A stretch of 57,986 nucleotides of DNA, from NCBI GenBank assembly GCA_000388065.2, contig KB932205.1; one strand, given 5' to 3'. Source of the stretch: Fonticula alba ATCC 38817. Its lineage: Eukaryota > Protista > Nucleariida. Shown here piece after piece: positions 37,881 through 51,522 of this stretch (its first letter is position 1; each line of letters begins with the position of its first letter). The notes below the pieces were generated by a model. The model was not told the origin of the DNA. It worked only from the letters and a program-made list of their open reading frames with translations, and searched no databases. Both the position numbers and the translations under genes were made by a program.

Positions 37881-39258
37881 CTAGCGCTGAGTACCAACAC
37901 GCGTGAGTAGCGCGCCGGTTGCCTGGTCGGACGCGCGGAACAGGAACTCGCTGACTCCGGCAGCCGCAAGGTCCTGCTGATCAGCGGCCCGATGGAAGGC
38001 CGCCATTGGATCGGCCTCAGGGTGGCCCTGCTGCGAGCCATGTGTGGAGGGACTTTCGGCAAACAGCAGATCCGACAGGGCAGCCATCGGGGCACGAGTC
38101 ACGCGCAGGCGCCCATCAATGGCCAGATCCCCAACCGACGAGGCGGTGTCCAGGCCGCGCACGCTCAGCACCAGCTGCGCCCGACGAGCCAGGGCCCGAA
38201 CCAATTCATTGTAACCGAAGGCCAAGCTGCTGGCCGAGGCCGTGGTCAGGGCCACCCGCGGGGCTAGCAATGCCGCATCGGCCGGCAGCCGAGCCAGCAT
38301 GGAGACCCTTCGAGTGGCCGTGTGGCCCGGACGGCCTGCAAGCAGCTTTCCCAGCAGTCGGGTCATCACCTGGTGCGGCTCGGCGCCGAACTGCGCCATC
38401 AGTGGCAGTAGCGAGTCGAAAATGATCACAGCGCGCCCGGGCCCGAGACCAGCCGGCCGAGGGCTGGTTCCCGGCTGGCCTGGCGCATCATCCAGCGCCA
38501 AGGTCTCGAGGAGACAGCCCAGCCGATCTAGCCCAGCCGGCCCGCAGCCACATGTGTCCATGTTGAAGGGAACCGTCAGATCGGTGGCCGGCGCGCCGGG
38601 CGCTGCGAAGGGCGACTGGCTGCAGTCGCGGCACCGACAAGACTGCGCGCTAAGTGGATCGACCACCACCAAATCGCCCGTCCGAACGGCCTGGGCCAAG
38701 TCAATACCCTGGGGGGACAGACGGCCAAGGGGGGCAGGGAGACGGAGGCGCGAGGGGGAGGGCAGAGGGAAAGAGAGCGAGAGAGAGAGGATCAGTGGGG
38801 CGAGAGCGAGTGCTGAAGAGGTGGACGAGAGGTGGAGCACGTGCGGGCGCAGTCAATGTACATACGCGCTTTCGGGCCACCAGCGCAAAGGTGGTCAGCG
38901 AGCTTTCCAGCGTCACCAGGACCACCCGCTCCACCGGGGGGTGAGTAGCCAGCAGGAAACCCGGGTGCACGGGCTGGCCGGCGCGCTTGGCCGCCGCTCG
39001 GAGTTGGCCGAGGGCCGCCAAATTTTGCAGGCTCCACAGAAGCCAATCGTGCACGAGGCACTCGGCGCTGGCGGGCAGCGCATCCGTGGCCAGAGTCAGT
39101 CCGGCCCGCGGGGGGAGGGAAAAGCCCCGCGATTGGGCGAAGGGGGTCCCATTGATGGTCGGAGCCGCCTGGCTCTCGGTCAAGCCGGCTGGTGTGGGGC
39201 AGCCAAGCAGGCCGCCCAAGGTGAGGCCCGGGTGCGTGGAGCCGGAGCCAGGGCGCAT
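37881..39258 (-). CDS. ELP6: Elongator complex subunit 6 (RecA-like fold), 2 exons
   Basis: GLTLATDALPASAECLVHDWL; VVLVTLESSLTTFALVARKR|GIDLAQAVRTGDLVVVDPL; VIIFDSLLPLM; LVRALARRAQLVLSVRGLDTASS..IDGRLRV; EFLFRASD. Order and spacing match Elp6. Confidence 0.75.
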
Positions 39259-40331
39259 CGTCCTGGTTCGGAGGGGAGGGGGGGGGGGGGGGGGCCTGGG
39301 CGCGCCCCAGGGCACGGGTGTCCCCCCCGCGCCAGCAGGGCGGGGGGCACCCAGAAAGAGCCAAGTGCCTATCTTGCTCGAGCCGTGGCGCGTTGTGGCC
39401 GCCTTTTCCGGGGAGGGGGCGTGGCCGGCAGCGGCCCGCCGGCCCTGTGGCTGGGCAATTCACCAAGGGGTGTGCCGGGTCCGAGGCCCTCCGGGGGGGG
39501 GGGGGGGGAGGCGGGGGGAGGGCAGCAGCTAGAGCGATGCCAGGGGAGAGGGGAGGGAGGGCCTGTGCAGAGGAGGTAGATCTATTGCTCGCCACTGTAT
39601 CCGAGGGTCGCCGTGGTGCCACTGAATGAGTCCCAATCCCAGGGGCGTGCGCCGCTTGGCCGTGGGGAGGGGACGCACGCGGTGTGCGCTGGGCAGCCTC
39701 TCCCGGACGTGGGAGGAGATCGGGGCAGCTGCTCATCCGCCATCCTTCCGACCCGCGCCCCTCCCCCCCCCCCTCTACTCCCAGACTTGGCTGCATGGAC
39801 CCGGGCAGGGCACGGATCGGCGAAGGGCCTCGCGGCTATGCATTGGCACTTGGCTGGGGTCGGGTCGTCGATCGTACGGGGCCAGACGTCCATCCGAATG
39901 GCTTGGTGCCTGGCACGCCGCCAGACAGGAGGCTCGGCTCGGTGCCCAAAAGAACCCGGGAAAGAGGACTGGCATCCGACACAAGGGCGCCTCCTGAGTT
40001 GACACACACACACACACACACGCACACACGCACACACGCACACACGCGCACACGGAGACTGACATGGCCAGGGATCGGGACACACAAAAACATACATACA
40101 CATTCGGAGGAGGCCCCACCTTCCAGAAAGAGGAGGAGAGCGCGCGCGAGGGGAGGAAGAGGGGAAGAGCGTGGTGTGTATGCCACAGCCAAGCACGCAT
40201 GCGGTGTATTTCATGGTGTGCGGAAGGGTCAGAATTGCCCCAGGCGTGCCAACGACGGGAGCTTGAAGGCCCAATCGGGCGGAGACAAGAAAGGGAGGCA
40301 AGAAAAGGAGCACGGCAGAGCGGAGACCCTC

Positions 40332-41244
40332 CTATCGGAGGAGTTTCTCCAGCCGCTGGCATAGCTCAAGCTCCTCCGGGGAGAAGGTGGGCACAACGTC
40401 CTTGCCGGATCCCTTCTTCCCCGCGCCGCCCGAGGAGGAGGCCTTCTTCTTGCTCTCAGTCGGAGCGGTCGGCCTGTCCGGGAGCATGGAGGACTCAATG
40501 CGGACCACCTTGTTGCGGCTGGTGTGGCCGGCTGCCAGGGACACTGATGTCTTCGGCACGCGCAGCGTGTCCGAGATCAGGAGACACAAAGCAGCATTCG
40601 CCTTACCCTTGTCGGGGGCGGCGGTCACGGCAGCCTTTCGGTGTGCGGTGGCGCGGTGGGTGGGTAGGTGGGTGGGGGGGGGGGGGGGGGGGGGATGATG
40701 ATCGTGGTGGNNNNNNNNNNNNNNNNNNNNNNNNNNNNNNNNNNNNNNNNNNNNNNNNNNNNNNNNNNNNNNNNNNNNNNNNNNNNNNNNNNNNNNNNNN
40801 NNNNNGGGCGAGGGGGTCAGCGCGCAGGCGAACGGCAAGCGGGCGTCAGCCTGAGCAGACAGGGACAAAAATGGGGGAGGGGGAAAGTGCGAAAAGGGCA
40901 GGCGGATGCGAGGCCGGATACAGCCAGGGCGCCAGGCGAAGGGACACTCCACGAACCGAGAGAGTCAGTGTCCCGTCATCACCGGGCCCGATCTCGCCGA
41001 CCGAGTCACGCGAGGCATTTGGCTGCAGCCGGACATTGATCAGAAGCCCACCGTCCTTGGTTGGCCGGATGAGTAGCGTCGACAAGTCCACCCCTCCACC
41101 TGGGGGGCTGCTTTCGCCGGTGGCCGGGGCTTTTTTCCGGCTCATGGTACGGTAGGTGGCGACAGCGGCAGCGGTGCCGAGCGAGGTACTGGAAACACTG
41201 GGACGAAGGGTGGCAAAGGGCAATAGGCGCCGCGTGAGGAGCAT
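40332..41244 (-). CDS. DUF167 / UPF0235 (YggU/C15orf40-like) protein
   Basis: LLINVRLQPNASRDSVGEI...LTLS|...VTAAPDKGKANAALCLLISDTLRVPKTSVSLAAGHTSRNKVVRI. Intron interrupted by a gap. Start at 41244 or 41145. Confidence 0.88.
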
Positions 41245-41982
41245 CCAGCCAGGCAAGCAGGAGGCGCCAGCAAGTAGAAGCGAGGGTCGAGCAAGGGGAG
41301 CGGGGTGGAGGAGGGGCGGTTTTCTGAGGCCAGGACCGGCTTGGGCCGGGCGATGGCTTCTCAAAAGAACATCGATCCCACGCCACGAATCGGAATAATT
41401 CGGCCCCCCACAGGACCGGGTTCGGGAGATCTGCCTCGCGCTGGCCCCACCCAAGAATAGTGGGGCCTGGGGGGGGGGGGGGGGACATGACCCCGGGTCG
41501 CGAGCACACTGTGGGCGATGCGTTGGGAAGCGGCCTTTCTTCTTTTTTATTCTCCCTCTCCCCCCCGCGCCCCCATCCGGCCCTCAGTGCGCCGGCCTTT
41601 GTGCGTTGGTCTCTCGACGGCGCACCACCCCGCCCCCCCAGAGGCCGTGTGCCCAGATGGCTTTTTTCCAGCTCCAGCCTTGGGACGCCTCTGCAGCCCA
41701 TGCCGGCCCTCCCTTTCCCTCCCAAGGGCGGGCGCATGCGCCCGCCCGCAGGGCGTCACAGCCACCTTCCACTGTTTCGTCCCGTGCACGCATCTCTCCG
41801 CCGATTGCGCTTCGCCCAGGCCGCTGCACCCCGACAGAAGAGGGACATTTGTGCTTTTATTTGGCCAGTAGGGCAGGGCCACAGGCGATGCCACGTACTG
41901 CATAGGCCCGCCTTATCGGCGTTTCATGGTGATGAGTCCCCGGTGGCCGGATTGGCGGTTGGGGGTGTGGCCATATGCGCCT

Positions 41983-44862
<2,880 letters not shown>

Positions 44863-46000
44863 TCACCAAGGCCGGGCGTGATGCGCCCCGTGACATTCTT
44901 CAACATCACGTCCCCAGGAGCCGATGCGTGCGTGCAACCCTCCCGAAGGCGCCATCCACGCTCGCCCGGTCCCCCCGCCCCGAGCCTTGCGCCGGGCAGC
45001 GGGGGAGCCTGCGTTGCCGGACAGCGGCGAACCATGCGTACACAGTGCCGCCCCTGCTCCCCCCCCCCCCCCCCCCCCCCCCCCGCCCCCCCCCCCCCCC
45101 CCCCCGCCAGACACACAGCCCCGGGGAGGGCTAGGCCGGTCGCCCCTGCCCCGAGCCCGGCTGTCTGATCCCGCGAGGCCCGAACGCGGCTCCGGCTGCT
45201 CCGGTCAAGACTGGCTTCGCCGAGGGAGAATGTTGCATCATCAGCACACAGCCACACGGGCACCAACACACGCGCACACATAGGCGGCCCCCACTTTGGG
45301 TTATGCGCCAGCAGCCCCTTGATCCAGGGTGCCGTCTGCCGCGGTGACCAACCCGCGTGCCGGTGCTTACCAACAGCACCCTCGTGTGTCGGCCCGGCCT
45401 CCTCGGCCGTCCTCTGCCGTCCTCGGCCGTCCTCCGCCAAAGTGTGAGCTCTGGTTTGGGGGATGGATCTTCGGATGGCTGGGACTGGGCTGGGGCAACG
45501 TCGGAGGGGGGCGGGGGATGGGGGATGGGGAAAGAAGGCGGCCTGGCACACGCATGGGCCCCCACCCTGAGGGGCGTCGGATATCATGGCTCGCTTCGTG
45601 GGCATCCGCCAGGTGGTGGTGGTGGCCGCTCCACATGTGGTCCCTGGCTCCCGTCGCCACTTTGCCCTCCCGCCAACAGAGCAAGGGCCGCGCTGGGACG
45701 GCGCCGATCTGTCCGCGCACGCGCGCCCATGCTTTTTGTGTGACGGCGTAGGGAATCGCCCCGGTCCGCGGGTGCAGCCCCATCTTGCTTCGCGCCTCTT
45801 CCCCCCCCCCCCCCCCCCCCTCTACCCTCCCTCTTTTTGCTCCCCTCCCCTCTCCACGAGATTGCCTCCCGGGTCCAGCTGTCTCTGCCTCTCCACTTTC
45901 CTTGCCGCCGCGCCTCTCCCCTCTCCCTCCCTCTCTCCCTTCGTTGTTTCTTGGCCCCCCGCGCACCCCGGCAACCGGACCGCACAAAGCTCCCATCACC

Positions 46001-48449
46001 ATGGAGTACATCAACGTCACCAACACCCAGCAGCGCATGTACGTCATTCCCTCCCTCGCCCTGCTCGCCGCTTTCCAGGCGCCCCGGCTGACTGTCTTCT
46101 CCTGCTCCGACCCCCTCCTTTCCCCTGGCCAGTCTGTGCTGCAACTGTGGTGTTGCCATCCCCCCGAACCCCGCCAACATGTGTGTTGACTGTATCCGCA
46201 ACGAGATCGACATCACTGAGGGCATCAGCAAGCAGCTGGTTATCCAGTTCTGCAGCTCTTGCGAGCGTTACCTCCAGCCGCCCAACCATGTGCGTGCTTC
46301 TGCCCTGCCGCGTCCGGTCCTGCGATCGACAACCGTCCCCGCCCCATCCCCCCCCCCCCCCTCTGCTAACCCGATTGAATGGTCTGGCCCCGGCAGTGGG
46401 TGGCCGCCGACCTCGAGTCTCGCGAGCTCCTCTCCCTCTGTCTCAAGCGTGTACGTGCCTCGATGGCGCCCTGTCCCCGTCTCTATCCCATGTTCTCCTC
46501 TTTCTCCGGGCTCACCTCCTGACACTGCCCGATTCCCCTCCCTCACTCTCTCGCCCCCCCCCCTGGCCTGCGCACACAGATGAAGGGCATGAACAAGGTC
46601 CGCCTCGTGGACGCCGGCTTCATTTGGACCGAGCCGCACTCCAAGCGCCTCAAGGTGAAGCTCACCATCCAGAAGGAGGTGCACGCGGGCATGATCCTGC
46701 AGCAGGTGTTTGTGGTGGACTTCGTCGTGGCCGGCATGATGTGTGAGGATTGCCACCGCGTGGAGGCCAAGGACATGTGGCGCGCGTGCGTGCAGGTCCG
46801 CCAGAAGGTCCCGCACAAGCGCACCTTCTTCTACCTGGAGCAGCTGATCATCAAGCACCAGCAGCACCGGTACACCACCAACATCAAGGAGACTCCGGAT
46901 GGCATTGACTTCTTCTTCGCCAACAAGACCCACGCGTCCAAGTTCCACGACTTCGTGGCCTCGGTCTGTCCCACCCGGTACAAGGTGTCGGAGGAGGTGA
47001 TCTCCATCGATGTTCACGCCCACACGGCCAACTACAAGTACACCTACTCCGTGGAGATGGTCCCCATCTGTCGTGATGATCTGATCTGCCTGCCGCGCTC
47101 GCTGCGTGCGCACCTCGGCAACATGGGTCCCCTGGTTCTGTGCAGCAAGATCGGTAACAGTGTGCACCTGGTCGACCCGAACACCCTGCAGAGTGCGTGA
47201 CGCCACACCCGCGCGACCCTTCCCTGATGTGGCATTTGTGCCCCCCCCCCCCTCCCCTCCCCTTGGCTGACTTTCGCCCCTTCGCGCGTCGGCTGTGGTG
47301 GCTTTCGGTCGTGCTGGCAGTCGCCGAAATGTCGGCCGCCAGCTACTGGCGCTCGCCCTTCACCACGCTCTGCAACATCAAGAGCCTCACCGAGTACATC
47401 GTGCTGGATGTGGAGCCTCTCGGCCCGGTGCGCGGCAAGAACGTCCTCTGTGAGATGGAGCTGGCTCGCAAGTCGGACTTCGGCTTCAATGATACCACCT
47501 TCTTCGTTCGCTCGCACCTGGGTGCCATCCTGCAGCCCGGCGACAGCTGCCTCGGCTATGACATTGCCAATGCCAACTTCAACAGCGATCATTTCGAGGA
47601 GTACAACCGCGCCGAGCTGCCTGATGTGGTACGTTGCTTGGTGGTGCCGGCTCCGCTCGCGCGTGCATGCCAGTGGACCGGGTGAATGTCCGGTCCTTCT
47701 GTGCCTGGGCGTGTCTCCCTTCCTCTGCCCTCCTCCTTCTCTCTTTCCCTCTCTCTCTCTCTCTCTTCTCCCTTCCTCACACACACATACATTCCGCTAT
47801 TCCCTTCTCATCTAACACCATACACTTGCCCCCGCCCTCTCCCGGCACATTCCAGATCGTTGTCAAGAAGGCCTACTCCAACAGCCGCCGCAAGCGCCGC
47901 AACCGCAACTGGAAGCTCCAGCACATCACCAACGAGACTGCCATCTCTGGCCCGGTGGACAAGCGCAAGGGCCCGGCCACCCACGAGGACTACGAGCAGT
48001 TCCTGCGTGACCTGGAGGAGGACTTCGAGTTCCGCTCTGCCATCAACCTGTACAAGTGTGCGTCCCTCCGCCAGACTCAGGTCATGTTGCTCCCTTCCCC
48101 CTCCCTCGTCGGTGCCCATCAGTGCTTCCTCTTGAAGACCTTGCCCGCTCGTTTGCTTGCTCGCTCTTTCCCCTTTGTCCCCCTCCCTCCCTCCTTGCAC
48201 TCCCCACCCCTGCCCGGCTGCTGACCAAATCACGCGCACATGTGCATCGTACCCCCCCCCCCCCACACACGCTATGTTCTCTCTGCAGCCGCCAACCAGC
48301 CTGCTCTGCCGGTTCATGGCGAGGAGTCGAATATGGACACCGACTTCGACGACGATGCCGAGATCCCGGAGATCGACATCGACGAGCTTCTCGACGACAT
48401 GGCTGAGATGAACATCGCCGACGTGGAGATGGCCGGCGACGGGGTGTAA
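46001..48449 (+). CDS. NMD3: 60S ribosomal export adaptor Nmd3, 7 exons
   Basis: ILCCNCGVAIPPNPANMCVDCIRNEIDITEGI; FCSSCERYLQPP; RLVDAGFIWTEPHSKRLKVKLTIQKE; CEDCHRVEAKDMWRACVQVRQKVPHKRTFFYLEQLI; RSHLGAILQPGD; DYEQFLRDLEED; acidic NES tail EIDIDELLDDM. Confidence 0.98.
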
Positions 48450-49210
48450 GTGCCCTTGCACTGTATGTACGTGCGTGTGGAGGTGTCTGCGGCACGGGCA
48501 CCGACCTAGTAGCGAGGCACACCCAGACACACACACACATGCACATGTGCACATATGCATCCACCAAACGACGCCGGGGTATGTGTATACATTATATATA
48601 TATGTGTATGTACGTCTCTCCTGTCACATGTGCCTAGTTTGCCCTGCCCCGCTGTGCGCTGCTGTCCTCCCTCCCCTGCCGCCATTCTCTGCCCCATGGT
48701 GTGGCCAGTTGTGGCTGCATGGGGAGGAGGTGTGCCAAGCCCACTTGCGAAAGAGGAAGGCGGCTTTGGCACCGCGGCGCGTGAGATATTGCCCCCTGGT
48801 GTGCTGTACTTTTACCCCTCCCCCAGATCTTCTCCTCCCCTCCGCCTCTGGCGTCCCACGTCAGTCCCTGTAGATTGTCCCTTCTCTCCCCTTCCCCCCC
48901 CCCCTTTCCCCTCCTTCCCCTGCTACGCTGCAGAGCATGCCCATTGCCCCCCCCCCTTTTTCCGGGGATGGTACGAATTCGTGTGCCAACCATGCGCGAG
49001 CGCCCTTGCACATTGTCCCTCCCAGAATAAACCCTCATCAATGAAAATAGGGCGTTATTACGGTGCCTTTCCAGGATGAATGAGTGGCAGGGATCAAGGG
49101 CAGTGAAGAGAAGGAGAGAGAGAGAGAGAGAGAGAGAAGAAAGAGAGAGAGACAGTGAAGGAGCCGGGCGCAAATGCCGAGCGGGAACAGAGGGGAATGT
49201 ATTTGCGGCG

Positions 49211-50695
49211 CTACCCGGGTGCCGGTGGCGATGGCGGTGATGGCGGCGGTCCGGCTGGAGGGCGGTCTGTCGATACAGGAGGTGGCCCCTTGCGCTGGCG
49301 GGCTTGGACTTGGCGCAGTTCGGCGTCGCGCTCGGCCGCATTTGTACGTGTTCGCTCGGGCACCCAGCGCCGGAGGGGAACCCATTGAACATGTGCCCCG
49401 GCCAGGAAGTCGTCCAGCGCTTGAGAGCGCTGATGCTCCACGGCTCCGGCCGGCTGGTCCGAGTGCACGAAAGCAACGGAGAAGTCCTTGGACACTTGGT
49501 TGCTGATGCGCACCAGCCGGGCAACAGTTCGCCAGTCAGGTGAGCCCTGGGCTCCATGTGTCGAGACCCCGGGACAGCCAGAGGTGATGGCCGATGGATC
49601 GGTGGCGTTCCAGACCGGCGTGACCAGCACCGAGAAGGTGGCATGGAAAAGTGCCGGCGATTGGAGGTAGAGCACTGAGCGGGAATCAAGGGGAGCAGGG
49701 AGAGAGAGAGAGAGAGATAGCGGGAAGGAGTGAGAAAGGGAGAAGGCATGAATCGGATGAAAAGGAGGTCAGCTCAAACAAGCCCACATGGCCAGGCTCT
49801 GATCCCGCCCTCGCCCGTGGCCGCCGCCGCCGCCCCGCAGCGCATGAGTGAGAACGCACAGAAGTCCACTCCATACTTCAGACCATCCTTCGGGGTCCAG
49901 CCTCGGCCACGGGCATACACGTAGAAGGCGTACCGCGGGCCGAAGCTCGGGACCGAGAGACAGATCTCGGCAAAGAGTTCCGACGCGGACATTGGCCCGG
50001 AGGCGTGAGCACCGGCCGCCACAGTGGCTGGCCCCTTGTCATCGACCGGCGGGCTGCGCAGCAGTGCTCCAATGGCTTCGGGTCCGGGATTGGCGGTTGG
50101 GCGCCGGAAAATGGTGAGAACTTCCAGCACGTGGCACAAGTAGAGAGCCTCCTCCAGGGAGAGGACAATGTCCGACCCGAGTGTGGATGTGGACAGACGC
50201 GGCGGTCCAGCGAAAGCGGCCGGGGCATTCGGGGCGTCCACGCCGGAGTGTGCCTGGCGAAAGCGCTTGCGCTGTCGGCTGCGCTGCTGCAGCCAGTGCA
50301 CCGATATCCCAAAATATCCGTGAGAGAGGAGGTGTCGCGAGCGCTCGGGCGGCTCAACGAGGCTGGGGAGGGGGGAAGGGGGTGGCAGTCGTTTGAGAAC
50401 CAACATGGATACAGAGAGACAGAGAGGGAGATATATATATATATATATAGAGAGAGAGAATGTCAATGGGCGGGCCCGTGCGGGGGGATGAGCGAACTCA
50501 CTGGCGGATGGCGGCCACGCACTCAATTTGCCGATGTGTCGGATCCCAGTGGGCAACCAGAGGCCGATCTAGACAGTGGCAATCGAGGCCCAGATCACAG
50601 GGCATCACCTCGAGGGCTGGGTCGCCGGCCGTGCCGGCGGCAGTGCGCCGCCGGCGCTTCGGCTGTGGCTGCCGGAGAAGATCGACGTCCTCCAT
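49211..50695 (-). CDS. TSEN2: tRNA-splicing endonuclease catalytic subunit Sen2, 3 exons
   Basis: LLSHGYFG; IVLSLEEALYL; RYAFYVYARGRGWTPKDGLKYGVDF|LLYLQSPALFHATFSV; WRTVARLVRISNQVSK; LRRWVPER. Catalytic Y/H/K positions present. Start MEDVDLL inferred. Confidence 0.88.
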
Positions 50696-51522
50696 GGAGG
50701 GCCAGAGGGAGGGGCTGCACCGGCGGGGCGACTTGCCACGAGACAAGCAGGAAGGACCAGCGGGCTCCCAGCGAGTGGGCGTTTCGGGAAGGGAAAGACG
50801 CGGGAGAGAGGGAGGCGCCGAGGGACGCAGGCAGTGCGGAGGGGCGAAGGAAAGAACGAGGGACAGGGGCGGAGCAGGTGCGTGTGGCCGGGAGGAGCAG
50901 AGCGCGCGGGCGGGTGTTTTTTTTTTTTTTCCTTTCACCCAGCCGACAACGCGCGGACCCAGGCAGCACGCCGGTTGCCCTCGATTGCGGGTTTTCCCGT
51001 CCGGCGGTGCAGGGTCTTAGATCGCAGATCGCCCGCGAGTGACAACGGTTTCCCAGGGTTGGCACCTTGAAGGCTGGTGGCCTCCCTCGGTTGTGGATAC
51101 GCCCCCTTGGGAGGCGGCCCCCCTCCTCGCCTTTCATGCTGTGGTCGCATCTCAGGTGCCGACTTCTGGTGCCGATTGTGGCCGGCGGCATCCAAGCGCC
51201 ACCGGGGCCGCCAGCCGTGCGCCCGACCACCGGCCACTGAGACTCACCTCCCTCCCTCTCCCTCTCCCCCTCCCTCTCCCCCTCCCTCTCCCTCTCTCTC
51301 CTTCGCTCGTTCGCTCGTCTTCTTTTGCTCCTTCTCTTTCGCCCCGAACACGCCGACACACTCACGCGCACATACACACGGGTACCCTGCCTCGCGCTCC
51401 GCCCTCTGGCCGAACTCCGCGTGCGAGGGCGGACGGTGTGTCGCGCGTGTAAAACGGCATATCTTTCATCGCCTCTCCTTTTTGCGTGGACCTGATCGCC
51501 CCCGGGGCGCCCCCGTATCAGC

